A DNA stretch of 34,023 bases from Gemmatimonadales bacterium (GTDB lineage Bacteria; Gemmatimonadota; Gemmatimonadetes; Gemmatimonadales; GWC2-71-9): NCBI GenBank assembly GCA_035700905.1, contig DASSOD010000158.1:1-34023 (forward strand). Direction: 5' to 3'. The notes beneath the pieces were generated by a model. It did not search any database. It was given only the letters and a program-made list of their open reading frames with translations, and had not been told where the DNA came from. The translations under genes and the position numbers were made by a program. This document shows, one piece after another, positions 9,315 through 19,227 of this stretch (its first letter is position 1; each line of letters begins with the position of its first letter).

Positions 9315-10018
9315 TGCAACGTGTCGCCGTGGTCCGGTTTCCGGGCAGCAATTGCGACCTCGACACGCTCCGCGCCGCCGAGCGCGTGGGGACCCTGCCC
9401 TATTTCGTCTGGCACCGCGACAACGATCTCCGCGGCGCCGATGTCGTGCTGCTCCCCGGCGGCTTCGCCTACGGCGACTACCTGCGCGCCGGCGCCATCG
9501 CGCGCTTCAGTCCGGTGATGCAGGCGGTCCAGCGCCACGCGGCGGAGGGTGGCGCGGTGATCGGGATCTGCAACGGGTTCCAGATTCTGTGCGAGGCCGG
9601 CTTGCTGCCGGGCGCCCTGGTGCGGAACGCGCGGTTGAGCTACGCCTCCAAGCCGGTGGACGTGCGCGTCGAGCGCACCGACACCGCCTTCACCTCCGCC
9701 TTCGAGCCGGGCGAGCGGCTCCGCCTCCCGGTCTCCCACGGTGAGGGGCGGTTCGTGGCGGACACGGCGACCCTGGACCAGCTCGAGGCCGAGGGACGGG
9801 TGGTGCTGCGCTACTTCCCCGCGGGCACGCCCGGCGTGGAGCCCAACCCGAACGGCTCGGAGCGGGACATCGCGGGCATCTGCAGCCCGGCGGGCAACGT
9901 CGTCGGGATCATGCCCCACCCCGACCGCGCGTGGGATGCGAGCATGGGCTCGACCGACGGGCTCCGGTTCTTCGCCTCGATGGCCGCGTGGCGGGCGCCG
10001 GCCGGAGCCCGCCCGTGA
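9314..10018 (+). CDS. purQ: FGAM synthase glutaminase subunit PurQ
   Basis: Class-I amidotransferase nucleophile GICNGFQ and His context MPHPDRA. The start shares 1 nt with the purS stop (TGATG). Confidence 0.94.
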   Translation: MQRVAVVRFPGSNCDLDTLRAAERVGTLPYFVWHRDNDLRGADVVLLPGGFAYGDYLRAGAIARFSPVMQAVQRHAAEGGAVIGICNGFQILCEAGLLPGALVRNARLSYASKPVDVRVERTDTAFTSAFEPGERLRLPVSHGEGRFVADTATLDQLEAEGRVVLRYFPAGTPGVEPNPNGSERDIAGICSPAGNVVGIMPHPDRAWDASMGSTDGLRFFASMAAWRAPAGARP

Positions 10019-10398
10019 GGGCGGACGGGGCCGCGGCGCTGCGTGCGGTCCTCCTCGCCGCCGCGGCGGCGCTCGCGGGCGCGGCGCCGGTAGCGGCCCA
10101 GGAACCGGCCACGGTGCGCCCGGGCATGCCCGAGGCCGACGTGCGGGCGGCGTGGGGTGAGCCCGTCACGGCGCGGAGCCGCGGCCCATATACCTATTTG
10201 TTTTACGAGAACGGCTGCCTGCGGAGCTGCGGGACGTACGACGTCGTGATCCTGGAGGGCGGGCAGGTGGTGGACGCGATCGTCCGGGCGCCGGCGCACC
10301 GCTACGATGGGGTGAGCTCGTCGCCGCCGGACCGCGCGCCCGGGTTCACGCCGCCGGCCGGCGACTCGGCCGGAGCGAAGAAGGAGGGAGCACCATGA
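10015..10398 (+). CDS. Small secreted protein, BamE/SmpA-OmlA-like fold suspected
   Basis: GTG 10015 overlaps the purQ stop (GTGA). Signal-peptide-like N-terminus ([22 protein letters not shown]), then [18 protein letters not shown]...YLFYENG...[13 protein letters not shown], which resembles the SmpA/OmlA pattern. Pro/Gly/Ala-rich tail. Coding status is supported by GC3 bias and by overlaps on both sides. Function is tentative. Confidence 0.55.
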   Translation: MRADGAAALRAVLLAAAAALAGAAPVAAQEPATVRPGMPEADVRAAWGEPVTARSRGPYTYLFYENGCLRSCGTYDVVILEGGQVVDAIVRAPAHRYDGVSSSPPDRAPGFTPPAGDSAGAKKEGAP

Positions 10399-10727
10399 GC
10401 GTCCCCAAGCCCAGCAAGAACGAGAACGAATATTTCGTGCTGCACGATGCGGAGCTGATCAAGGCCGCGCACCGGCACGCCGAGGACGAGCGGGCCGCCG
10501 CCGAGCGGAAAAGCCACCTGATGAAGTGCCCCAAGGACGGGTACGACCTGGTCGCCCAGGACTTCCACGGCGTGCCCATCGAGACCTGCGCCCACTGCGG
10601 CGGCGTGTGGCTGGACGCCTCCGACGTGCATGCGTTCTCGCATTGGCACGAGCCCAACGTGGTGAGCCGCATCTTCGCCGACTTCCTGGCGAGCCTGCAC
10701 TTCGCCAACCAGCCGACCCACACCTGA
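10395..10727 (+). CDS. Small zinc-ribbon protein (bacterial zf-TFIIB-type family), first knuckle degenerate
   Basis: 110 aa. CPKDGYDL...[16 protein letters not shown] matches the CPxC...C..CgGvWlD ribbon, except that the second Cys of knuckle 1 is Asp. Charged N-terminal helix [28 protein letters not shown] overlap with the preceding ORF. Confidence 0.65.
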   Translation: MSVPKPSKNENEYFVLHDAELIKAAHRHAEDERAAAERKSHLMKCPKDGYDLVAQDFHGVPIETCAHCGGVWLDASDVHAFSHWHEPNVVSRIFADFLASLHFANQPTHT

Positions 10728-10741
10728 GGGCCGCATCCAGC

Positions 10742-13057
10742 ATGGCGCAGGCCGTTCGCAGTCAACCGGTGCCGCGAGCCGAACCCTTCCCCGGCGAGCG
10801 CCCGGTCACGCGCGAGATCGTGCGGGAGCACAACCTCAACGACCTCGAGTACGGCCGGATCGTCGCCATGCTCGGGCGGACGCCGACCCTGACCGAGCTC
10901 GGCATCTTCAGCGCGCTCTGGTCGGAGCATTGCTCCTACAAGCACTCGAGGCCGGTGCTCCGGACCTTCCCGACCGAGGGCCCGCAGGTGCTCCAGGGGC
11001 CCGGCGAGAACGCCGGCGTGCTGCGCCTGCCGCACGGCTGGGCGGTGGCGTTCAAGATCGAGTCGCACAACCACCCCTCGGCGGTCGAGCCGTACCAGGG
11101 CGCGGCCACCGGGGTCGGCGGCATTCTCCGCGACGTCTTCACCATGGGCGCCCGTCCGGTCGCGTTGCTCAACAGCCTGCGCTTCGGCCCGCTGGACCTG
11201 CCCCGGAACCGGTACCTCTTCGCCGGGGTGGTGCGCGGGGTGGGCGACTACGGGAACTGCGTGGGCGTCCCCACCCTCGGCGGCGAGGTGGGCTTCGCGC
11301 CGAGCTACACCGGCAACCCGCTGGTGAACGCGATGTGCGTGGGCGTGCTGCGGGCGGAGCACCTGATGCGCGCCCGGGCGCACGGGGTCGGGAACGTGCT
11401 CCTGGCGGTCGGCTCCCGCACCGGCCGGGACGGGATCCACGGCGCGAGCTTCGCCTCCGAGGAGCTCTCCGAGGAGAGCGAGGCGCGCCGGCCGCAGGTG
11501 CAGGTGGGGGACCCGTTCACCGAGAAGCTTCTGCTCGAGGCCACCCTCGAGCTGATCGAGTCGAACCTGGCGGTGGCGATCCAGGACATGGGCGCCGCCG
11601 GCCTCACCAGCTCGTCGGCGGAGATGGCGGCGCGCGGCGGCGTGGGCGTGGAGCTCGACACCGGTCTCGTGCCCACCCGCGAGCCCGACATGACGCCCTA
11701 CGAGATCCTGCTCTCCGAGTCGCAGGAGCGCATGCTCGTCGTGGCCGAGCCCCACCTCGTGCCCGCCGTCGAGGCGGTGTGCGCCAAGTGGGAGCTGAGC
11801 GCCACGCCGATCGGGCGCGTCACCGACGACGGCCTCTTCCGGGTGCGCCACCACGGGCGCACCGTGGCCGCGATCCCGGGCGTGCCGCTCATCGCGGACT
11901 GCCCCATCTACGAGCCCGAGGCCCGGGAGGCGGCCGACGCGGAGGCGCGCCGGCGCGCCTCGCCGGAGGGCGCTCCCGCCGCCGACCTCTCCGGCGCGCT
12001 CGAGGCGCTGCTCGACAGCCCCAACATCGCGAGCAAGCGATGGGTGTACGAGCAGTACGACTCCACCGTCCAGGCGGCCACGGCGATCGGGCCCGGCGGC
12101 GACGCGGGCGTCCTGTCCGTGCCCGGAACGGAGTTCGGGCTCGCGGTCTCGGTGGACTGCAACAGCCGTCTCGTGGCGCTCGATCCCTACGAGGGCGGAA
12201 AGGCGGCCGTCGCCGAGGCGGCGCGCAACGTCGCCTGCACCGGTGCGCGCCCGCTCGGCATGACCAACTGCCTCAACTTCGGCAATCCGGAAAAGGCGGA
12301 CGTCTTTTTCCAGTTCCGCGAGGCGTGCCGCGGCATCGCCGACGCCTGCCGGGCCTTCGACACGCCGGTCACCGGCGGCAACGTGTCCTTCTACAACGAG
12401 AGCCCGAGCGGCGCGGTGGACCCCACCCCGACGATCGGGATGGTCGGCCTGCTGGAGCGGCTCGCCGACCGGGTGCCCAGCCACTTCGAGCGCGAAGGCG
12501 ACGTCGTCATCATCCTGGGCGCCACCCGGGGCGAGCTGGGCGGCTCGGCCTACTGGGCCGAGCTGCACGCGTTCGTGGGCGGCCGCCCGCCGTGCGTGGA
12601 TCTGGAGGCGGAGCGCCGGCTGCAGCGGCTGCTGGTCGCGGCCGCCGGGGCGCGGCTCCTCCGCTCGGCGCACGACTGCTCGGAGGGCGGGCTGGCGGTG
12701 GCGCTGGCCGAGGCGGCGATCGGTGGACCCTACGCCGCGGGCGGCCGGGGCGCCGAGATCGACCTGGCCGGCTACGCCCCGGACGTGGCGGCCGCGGGCC
12801 TCCTTTACGGGGAGGACGGCGGCCGCGTGGTCTGCTCGGCGCCTCCCGAGCACGCCGCGGCGCTGCTGGCGCTCGCGGCGGAGCACGGGGTCCCCGCCGC
12901 CCGCGTCGGCACCGTCGGCGCGCTGGGCGGCCGGCTGGAACTGCGAGCGGGCGGCCGATTGTTCTACTGGCGCGTTTCCGAGTTGCGACGGATCTACTTT
13001 GACGCGATCCCACGACGCATGGCGCACGTCGACACGGATCGCGCCGCGGAGAGCTGA
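10742..13057 (+). CDS. purL: FGAM synthase subunit PurL (small PurL type)
   Basis: 771 aa. [32 protein letters not shown] and other PurL blocks. The ORF-track extension from 10526 overlaps the zinc-ribbon ORF and is not PurL-like. Confidence 0.95.
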   Translation: MAQAVRSQPVPRAEPFPGERPVTREIVREHNLNDLEYGRIVAMLGRTPTLTELGIFSALWSEHCSYKHSRPVLRTFPTEGPQVLQGPGENAGVLRLPHGWAVAFKIESHNHPSAVEPYQGAATGVGGILRDVFTMGARPVALLNSLRFGPLDLPRNRYLFAGVVRGVGDYGNCVGVPTLGGEVGFAPSYTGNPLVNAMCVGVLRAEHLMRARAHGVGNVLLAVGSRTGRDGIHGASFASEELSEESEARRPQVQVGDPFTEKLLLEATLELIESNLAVAIQDMGAAGLTSSSAEMAARGGVGVELDTGLVPTREPDMTPYEILLSESQERMLVVAEPHLVPAVEAVCAKWELSATPIGRVTDDGLFRVRHHGRTVAAIPGVPLIADCPIYEPEAREAADAEARRRASPEGAPAADLSGALEALLDSPNIASKRWVYEQYDSTVQAATAIGPGGDAGVLSVPGTEFGLAVSVDCNSRLVALDPYEGGKAAVAEAARNVACTGARPLGMTNCLNFGNPEKADVFFQFREACRGIADACRAFDTPVTGGNVSFYNESPSGAVDPTPTIGMVGLLERLADRVPSHFEREGDVVIILGATRGELGGSAYWAELHAFVGGRPPCVDLEAERRLQRLLVAAAGARLLRSAHDCSEGGLAVALAEAAIGGPYAAGGRGAEIDLAGYAPDVAAAGLLYGEDGGRVVCSAPPEHAAALLALAAEHGVPAARVGTVGALGGRLELRAGGRLFYWRVSELRRIYFDAIPRRMAHVDTDRAAES

Positions 13058-13059
13058 CC

Positions 13060-14454
13060 ATGTGCGGCATCATCGGCGTGTCGGGCGTCCCGGACGCGGC
13101 GAAGCTCGCCTATCTCGGGCTCTATGCCCTGCAGCACCGGGGGCAGGAGAGCGCGGGGATCGTCGCGATCGACCGCCAGGGCGCGGCCCGCTCCCATCGC
13201 GGCATGGGGCTCGTCTCCGAGAACTTCGACGACGCGACGCTCGCCCGGCTTCCCGGGGACGTCGCCGTGGGGCACACCCGCTACTCCACCACCGGCAGCA
13301 CCGTGCTCGCCAACGCGCAGCCCTGCAGCGTCAACACCCGCTGCGGGCCGCTCGCCATCGCGCACAACGGGAACCTGGTGAACTCGGCGGAGATCAAGCG
13401 GCACCTGGTGGAGCACGGCGCGATCTTCACCACCTCCACCGACACCGAGGTGCTGGTGCACCTCATCGCCAGGTCCGAGGCGCCGTCGGTGGACGAGCAG
13501 ATCCGCGAGGCCCTGGAGCAGGTGGACGGCGCCTACAGCCTCGTGATCACCGTGGGCCGCACCATGTACGCGGTGATCGACAGCCGCGGCTTCCGCCCGC
13601 TGGTGCTGGGCCGCCTGGCGCAGGGCGCGGTGGTGGCCTCCGAGACCTGCGCCCTGGACCTGATCGGCGCCACCCTGGTGCGCGAGCTTCAGCCCGGCGA
13701 CTTCGTGCGCATCGACGACGGTGTCGTCACCGAGCTGCCCCGGCTGTCGTCCCGGCCGGTGAGCCGCTGCGTCTTCGAGCTGGTGTACTTCGCGCGGCCC
13801 GACAGCCGGATCTTCGGCGCGTCGGTGGATCGGGTCCGGCGCGAGCTCGGGCGCGAACTGGCGAGGGAACAGCCCGCGCCCACCGGCGAGGTGGTGTTCA
13901 GCGTGCCGGACAGCTCCAACGCGATGGCGCTGGGGTACTCCGAGGAGTCCGGCATCAAGCTGGAGCATGGGCTCATCCGCAACCACTCCGTCGGCCGCAC
14001 GTTCATCAACCCGTCGCAGTCGCACCGCGTGGCCAAGGTGCGGATCAAGTTCAACCCGGTGCGGGACGTGATCGACGGCAAGAGCGTGGTGGTCGTGGAC
14101 GACAGCCTGGTGCGCGGCAACACCAGCCGCGGCCTGGTGCAGATGATCCGGTCCGCCGGCGCGCGCGAGGTGCACCTCCGGCTCGGCTCCCCGCCCATCA
14201 CGGGTCCGTGCCACTACGGCATCGACACGCCCACGCGCGAGGAGCTGATCGCCGCCACGCACTCGGTGGAGGAGATCCGCCACTTCCTCGGCGTGGACTC
14301 GCTCGGGTACCTCTCGCTCGAGGGCATGCTGCGCGCCGCCGGCGGCGCCGGCGGGTTCTGCCATGCCTGCTTCTCCGGCTGCTATCCCACCCGCGTTCCC
14401 GACGGATTGGTCCAGCTCCGCCACGAGTCGCCCCTCATCGCGACGCCCGCATGA
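13060..14454 (+). CDS. purF: Amidophosphoribosyltransferase
   Basis: N-terminal nucleophile MCGIIGV, PRPP loop VVVVDDSLVRGNT, Fe-S Cys cluster contexts (GPCHYGIDTP, CHACFSGCYP). GGAGAG SD upstream. Confidence 0.96.
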   Translation: MCGIIGVSGVPDAAKLAYLGLYALQHRGQESAGIVAIDRQGAARSHRGMGLVSENFDDATLARLPGDVAVGHTRYSTTGSTVLANAQPCSVNTRCGPLAIAHNGNLVNSAEIKRHLVEHGAIFTTSTDTEVLVHLIARSEAPSVDEQIREALEQVDGAYSLVITVGRTMYAVIDSRGFRPLVLGRLAQGAVVASETCALDLIGATLVRELQPGDFVRIDDGVVTELPRLSSRPVSRCVFELVYFARPDSRIFGASVDRVRRELGRELAREQPAPTGEVVFSVPDSSNAMALGYSEESGIKLEHGLIRNHSVGRTFINPSQSHRVAKVRIKFNPVRDVIDGKSVVVVDDSLVRGNTSRGLVQMIRSAGAREVHLRLGSPPITGPCHYGIDTPTREELIAATHSVEEIRHFLGVDSLGYLSLEGMLRAAGGAGGFCHACFSGCYPTRVPDGLVQLRHESPLIATPA

Positions 14455-17117
14455 GCGGGCCGTACACCCAGCCGCTCGTCTTCTTTTTCGGTCAGGGCCG
14501 CGCCGACGGATCCGCCGGGATGAAGGAGACGCTCGGCGGCAAGGGCGCGGGCCTCGCCGAGATGACCACCCTCGGCATTCCCGTTCCCCCCGGGTTCACC
14601 ATCGCCACCTCCGTCTGCCACACGTACCTCCAAGGCCACCAGTTCTCCCCCCGCCTCCGGGCCCAGGTCGAGCACAACCTCCAGCGGCTCGAGGCGGCGA
14701 CCGGGAGGCATTTCGGAAGTCGCGAGCAACCGCTGCTCGTGTCGGTGCGCTCGGGCGCGCCGGTGTCCATGCCCGGAATGATGGAGACGATCTTGAACCT
14801 CGGGCTGAACGACGTGACGGTGGAGGGGCTCGCGGCCGAGAGCGGCAACCCCGCGTTCGCGTGGGACAGCTACCGACGGTTCGTGCAGATGTACGCCGCG
14901 GTCGTGTTCGGGCTGCCCAAGCAGGGATTCGAGCGGCTGCTGGAGGAAGAGCGGCGGGCAAGCGGCGCGTCGCGCGACATCGATCTCCCGGTGGGCGCGC
15001 TGCAGCACCTCGTGCGGACGTTCAAGGCGGCGGTGCGGCGCGAGGCCGGCCGACCGTTCCCCGACGAGCCGGTGGACCAACTCTGGGGCGCCATTGCCGC
15101 CGTTTTCGAGAGCTGGAACACCCGCCGCGCCATCGACTACCGCAGGCTCCACGGGATCCCGGAGACCATGGGCACGGCGGTGAACGTGGTGGCGATGGTC
15201 TTCGGCAATCTGGGTGAGGACTCCGGCACGGGCGTCGCCTTCACGCGGGATCCCTCCACCGGCGAGCCGCGCCTCTACGGCGAGTACCTCCTCAACGCGC
15301 AGGGCGAGGACGTCGTCTCCGGCTCCCGCACCCCCGAGCCGATCGCCACGCTCCGGGAGCGGCTGCCGCACGCCGCCCAGGAGCTGGAGCGCACCGCGCG
15401 CGTGCTCGAGCGGCATTTCCGCGACGTGCAGGACCTCGAGTTCACCATCGAGCGCGGCCGGCTCTATCTGCTGCAGACCCGCCGGGCCCAGCGCTCCGGG
15501 GCCGCGGCGGTTCGCATCGCCTGCGACATGGTGGACGAGGGGCTCATCTCCCGAGAGGAGGCGGTCGCGCGAATCCCTCCCAACGACCTGAATCAGCTCC
15601 TCCATCCGACCATCGATCCGGCCAGCAAGCTCGACCTCCTGGCGACCGGGCTTCCGGCTTCGCCGGGGGCGGCCTGCGGCACCGTGGTCTTCGACGCCGA
15701 TCACGCCGTGCATCTGGGCCGCGGGGGGCATCCGGTGATCCTGGTGCGCGAGGAGACCTCGCCGGAGGACTTCCACGGCATGGTGGTCGCCAAGGCGGTG
15801 CTCACCGCCCGCGGCGGCATGACCAGCCATGCGGCCGTCGTCGCCCGCGGCATGGGGAAGCCCTGCGTCGCGGGCGCTTCGGCGCTGACCGTGGACGAGC
15901 CCGCGGGCGAGTTGCGCGCCAACGGCCGCGTGGTGCACGAAGGCGATTGGATCAGCCTCGACGGCGGCACGGGCAAGGTGTTTCTGGGGCAGGCCCGGCT
16001 GGTCGAGCCCGAGCTGGGGGAGCCGTTCAAGCGGGTGATGGGCTGGGCCGATGCGGTGCGCCAGCTTCGCGTGCGGGTCAACGCCGACACCCCCGCCGAC
16101 GCCCACCGGGGCCGCGACTTCGGCGCGGAGGGCATCGGCCTCTGCCGCACGGAGCACATGTTCTTCCAGGGTGACCGGCTCGTGGCGATGCGGGAGATGA
16201 TTCTGGCCGACGATCCGGCGGGCCGCCGGGCCGCACTCGCCAAGCTCCTGCCGATGCAGCGCGCCGACTTCGAGGCCATCTTCCGCGCGATGGAGGGCTT
16301 CCCGGTCACGATCCGCCTCCTTGACCCGCCCCTCCATGAGTTCCTCCCCAAGGATGAAGCCGGCATCGACGCGCTGGCGGACTCGCTCGGGCGCGCGCCG
16401 GAAGAGGTCCGGCGCATCGTCCATGGGATGCAGGAGGTGAACCCCATGCTGGGGCTCCGCGGCTGCCGCCTGGGCATCCTGCACCCCGAGATCACCGAGA
16501 TGCAGGCCCGCGCGATCTTCGAGGCCGCGTGCACGGTCGCGGAGCGGAAGGGGCGCGTGCTCCCCGAGATCATGGTCCCGCTCACCGCCACCGTGACCGA
16601 GCTCCGCAAGCAGGCGCAGATCGTCCGGCGGGTGGCGAGCGAAGTGTTCGCCGAGCGGCAGATCACCGTGGCGTACCTGCTGGGCACGATGATCGAGCTC
16701 CCGCGCGCGGCCCTCACCGCCGACGAGATCGCCCTGGAAGCGCAGTTCTTCTCGTTCGGCACGAACGACCTCACCCAGACCACGTGGGGACTCTCCCGGG
16801 ACGACGCCGGCCGCTTTCTGCCGCTCTACCTCGACGAGGGGATCATCGAGCAGGATCCCTTCCAGGAGCTGGACCTCACCGGCGTCGGCAAGCTGATGCA
16901 GCTCGCCTGCGAGCTCGGCCGGAAGACCCGGGCCGACCTCAAGCTCGGCATCTGCGGGGAGCACGGCGGCGCGCCGGCCGCGGTCGCGTTCTGCGACCGC
17001 CTGGGGATGAACTACGTCTCCTGCTCGCCGTTCCGCGTGCCGATCGCGCGGCTCGCGGCCGCGCAGTCGGCCCTGGCCGAGCGCGGTACGATGGACCGCA
17101 CCCGCGCGACCGTCTGA
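14451..17117 (+). CDS. ppdK: Pyruvate, phosphate dikinase
   Basis: 888 aa. N-terminal LGGKGAGLAEM, phospho-His motif GGMTSHAAVVARG, C-terminal GICGEHGG. The ATG overlaps the purF stop (ATGA 14451-14454). The ORF-track start at 12723 is an artefactual extension. Confidence 0.96.
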   Translation: MSGPYTQPLVFFFGQGRADGSAGMKETLGGKGAGLAEMTTLGIPVPPGFTIATSVCHTYLQGHQFSPRLRAQVEHNLQRLEAATGRHFGSREQPLLVSVRSGAPVSMPGMMETILNLGLNDVTVEGLAAESGNPAFAWDSYRRFVQMYAAVVFGLPKQGFERLLEEERRASGASRDIDLPVGALQHLVRTFKAAVRREAGRPFPDEPVDQLWGAIAAVFESWNTRRAIDYRRLHGIPETMGTAVNVVAMVFGNLGEDSGTGVAFTRDPSTGEPRLYGEYLLNAQGEDVVSGSRTPEPIATLRERLPHAAQELERTARVLERHFRDVQDLEFTIERGRLYLLQTRRAQRSGAAAVRIACDMVDEGLISREEAVARIPPNDLNQLLHPTIDPASKLDLLATGLPASPGAACGTVVFDADHAVHLGRGGHPVILVREETSPEDFHGMVVAKAVLTARGGMTSHAAVVARGMGKPCVAGASALTVDEPAGELRANGRVVHEGDWISLDGGTGKVFLGQARLVEPELGEPFKRVMGWADAVRQLRVRVNADTPADAHRGRDFGAEGIGLCRTEHMFFQGDRLVAMREMILADDPAGRRAALAKLLPMQRADFEAIFRAMEGFPVTIRLLDPPLHEFLPKDEAGIDALADSLGRAPEEVRRIVHGMQEVNPMLGLRGCRLGILHPEITEMQARAIFEAACTVAERKGRVLPEIMVPLTATVTELRKQAQIVRRVASEVFAERQITVAYLLGTMIELPRAALTADEIALEAQFFSFGTNDLTQTTWGLSRDDAGRFLPLYLDEGIIEQDPFQELDLTGVGKLMQLACELGRKTRADLKLGICGEHGGAPAAVAFCDRLGMNYVSCSPFRVPIARLAAAQSALAERGTMDRTRATV

Positions 17118-17146
17118 GCCCGGCCTCGCCTGCGCGCGGCGGGCGC

Positions 17147-17497
17147 TCAGGCCCGCGCGAACACCTCGGTCAGCTCCTGATGCCCCGGATTGAAGTCCGG
17201 CCGGGCGCCCGGGAACGAGCGATCGGTCGCCTCCACGCCGCCGATCTCGCTCAGGATGAACGTGCGCCAGCCCGGAACCTCCCCGTGCCGGCTCTCCCCG
17301 CCGGTTTGGTAGCCGATCAGCACGGCCTCCCCCGCGCCGTGCAGCGCGACCATGTGGGGCTCGACCGTGCGGGGCAGGTCCTCGTACGTGAACCTGACCA
17401 CCCGATGCTCCCGGGTGGCCTGGACCAGCCGCTCGCCCGTCGTGCCGCTGAGGGTGTCGCGGCCACCCTCCCGCCCGTCTCCACGCCGCTCGAACAT
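17147..17497 (-). CDS. Small stand-alone WYL-domain-like protein (about 116 aa), function unknown
   Basis: [37 protein letters not shown]...[20 protein letters not shown] fits the WYL beta-barrel pattern (x-Y..R.v.P..l...w.l.gy......wR.F.l.rI). No HTH or other domain. ATG 17497 is preceded by GGAAGGCGAGG (SD-like, 5 nt spacing). Confidence 0.55.
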   Translation of the reverse strand: MFERRGDGREGGRDTLSGTTGERLVQATREHRVVRFTYEDLPRTVEPHMVALHGAGEAVLIGYQTGGESRHGEVPGWRTFILSEIGGVEATDRSFPGARPDFNPGHQELTEVFARA

Positions 17498-17520
17498 CGT
17501 CGCCTCGCCTTCCGTTTGAC

Positions 17521-17548
17521 TTGCCAGCCCTGCGCGCGGCGCCATTAT
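17521..17548 (+). promoter_or_regulatory. Candidate promoter for purE-purK (TTGCCA - 16 nt - CATTAT)
   Basis: Pattern match in the divergent spacer between the WYL-like ORF and purE. The purE ATG (17593) has AGAGGA upstream. Confidence 0.25.
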
Positions 17549-17592
17549 TTCCGCCCGGCAGCCCCGCTCACCCCGACCCGCAAGAGGACGCC

Positions 17593-18087
17593 ATGACGCC
17601 GCCCCTCGTAGGCATTGTTATGGGAAGCGACTCGGACTGGTCGGTGATGCAGCACGCGTCGCGGCGCCTGACGGAGCTCGGTGTCCCGCACGAGGCCCGC
17701 GTGGTGTCGGCGCATCGGACGCCGGACCTGCTCTTCCGCTACGCGTCGGAGGCGGCCGGACGGGGGCTCCGGTGCATCATCGCGGGAGCGGGTGGCGCGG
17801 CGCACCTGCCGGGCATGCTCGCCGCCAAGACCGCGGTGCCGGTGCTGGGTGTGCCGATCCCGACCAGGCACCTCCAGGGCCTCGATTCGCTGCTCTCGAT
17901 CGTCCAGATGCCCGCGGGCATTCCGGTGGCGACGTTCGCCATCGGCGAAGCGGGCGCCGCCAACGCCGCCCTCTTCGCCGCTGCGGTGCTCGCCGGGGAG
18001 CGGCCGGACGTCGCCTCGCGACTGGAAGCGTTTCGGCGCGGGCAGACCGAGCGCGTCCTCCAGCTCTCCCTGCCCGACCCTGCGTGA
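17593..18087 (+). CDS. purE: N5-carboxyaminoimidazole ribonucleotide mutase
   Basis: [30 protein letters not shown] motifs. Paired with purK, which implies class I PurE. Confidence 0.95.
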   Translation: MTPPLVGIVMGSDSDWSVMQHASRRLTELGVPHEARVVSAHRTPDLLFRYASEAAGRGLRCIIAGAGGAAHLPGMLAAKTAVPVLGVPIPTRHLQGLDSLLSIVQMPAGIPVATFAIGEAGAANAALFAAAVLAGERPDVASRLEAFRRGQTERVLQLSLPDPA

Positions 18088-19226
18088 TCCTCCCCGGCGA
18101 GACGCTCGGCGTGCTGGGAGGCGGCCAGCTCGGCCGCATGTTCGCCATCCGGGCCCGCGAGATGGGCTACCGGGTCGTGGTGCTGGACCCCGACCCGCGG
18201 AGCCCCGCCGGCGCCGTCGCCGACCACCAGATCGAAGCCGCCTATGACGACCCGGCCGCGCTCGACGAACTGGCCGAGCGGGCGAGCGCCGTCACCGTCG
18301 AGTTCGAGAACGTCCCGGCGGGCGCGCTCGAGCGCGTCGCCGCGCGACGCCCTACGCGGCCGTCGGCGGCCGCGGTTGCGGCGGCGCAGGACCGGATCCG
18401 GGAAAAATCGTTCCTGCGGGGCCGGGGTTTCGCCACCGCCCCGTTCGCCACCGTCGGTTCGAGAGAGGATCTGGACCCGGCCTTCGCCGCGGTCGGCGCG
18501 CCGGCGCTCCTCAAGACGAGCCGGCTCGGATACGACGGCAAAGGCCAGGCGCCGGTGGATTCCGCCGCCGACCTGCGGGCAGCCTACGATCGCCTCGGCC
18601 GGGTTCCCTGCGTCCTCGAGCGCCGGCTGTCGCTCGAGCTGGAGCTCTCGGTCGTGCTGGCGCGCGGCGAAGACGGCGCCGTCCGCGCCTTTCCCCCCGG
18701 CGAGAACCGGCATCGGTTCGGCATCCTCGACACGACCGTCGTGCCGGCGCGGATCCCCGCCGCGCTGGCGCGCGAGGCATGCGACCTTGCCGCGGCCGTC
18801 GCCGTGGCGCTCGAGTACGTCGGCGTGCTGGGCGTCGAGCTGTTCCTCGCGGGTGGCCGCCTCTACGTCAACGAGATAGCGCCCCGGCCCCACAACACGG
18901 GGCACTATACCCTGGACGCCTGCATCACCGACCAGTTCGAGCAGCAGGTGCGCACGCTCTGCGCCCTCCCGCTCGGCGACCCGGGCTTGCTCTCCCCCGT
19001 CTGCATGATCAACCTCCTCGGCGAAGCGTGGGCGCAGGGCCCCCCGCGCTGGGACGCGGCGCTCGCGCTGCCCGGCGTCAAGCTGCACCTCTACGGCAAA
19101 GTGGAGCCTCGCCCGGGGCGGAAGATGGGGCACCTGAACTGCCTTGCCCCGACCGCGGAGGCAGCGTTCGCCCTGGCGCGGCGGGCCCGCGCGGCGCTCG
19201 CCCCCCACCTCGAAGAAGGAGACTGA
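18084..19226 (+). CDS. purK: N5-carboxyaminoimidazole ribonucleotide synthase
   Basis: ATP-grasp enzyme. [12 protein letters not shown]-terminus, [28 protein letters not shown] 18084 overlaps the purE stop (GTGA). Confidence 0.93.
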   Translation: MILPGETLGVLGGGQLGRMFAIRAREMGYRVVVLDPDPRSPAGAVADHQIEAAYDDPAALDELAERASAVTVEFENVPAGALERVAARRPTRPSAAAVAAAQDRIREKSFLRGRGFATAPFATVGSREDLDPAFAAVGAPALLKTSRLGYDGKGQAPVDSAADLRAAYDRLGRVPCVLERRLSLELELSVVLARGEDGAVRAFPPGENRHRFGILDTTVVPARIPAALAREACDLAAAVAVALEYVGVLGVELFLAGGRLYVNEIAPRPHNTGHYTLDACITDQFEQQVRTLCALPLGDPGLLSPVCMINLLGEAWAQGPPRWDAALALPGVKLHLYGKVEPRPGRKMGHLNCLAPTAEAAFALARRARAALAPHLEEGD

Positions 19227-19227
19227 C

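Noticed and set aside
10346-13027. 893-aa minus-strand ORF antisense to purL. Similar long ORFs: 14382..16964 (-), 12994..14424 (-), 8651..9919 (-), 5152..6576 (-), 3728..4999 (-), 17739..19397 (-), 26351..27751 (+), 27607..29358 (+), 29154..30824 (+), 31807..33402 (+).
   Set aside because: All lie opposite or out of frame to genes with unmistakable family motifs. They are Arg/Gly/Pro/Ala/His-rich low-complexity translations with no motifs. Long stop-free antisense frames are expected in DNA this GC-rich.
12723-14450. N-terminal extensions of track ORFs: ppdK from 12723, proS to 31634, hisS to 33220, dusB to 25394, the cyclase to 23797, htrA from 3500, purK from 17772, and others.
   Set aside because: The track takes the longest ATG/GTG/TTG-initiated frame. 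The extensions overlap neighbouring real genes, are low complexity, and begin well before the point where family similarity starts.
17118-17146. Short GC hairpin (CGCC-N7-GGCG, extendable) between the convergent ppdK and WYL-like stops, as a possible bidirectional terminator.
   Set aside because: The stem is only about 6 bp with no U-tract on either strand. Such stems occur by chance in very GC-rich DNA.
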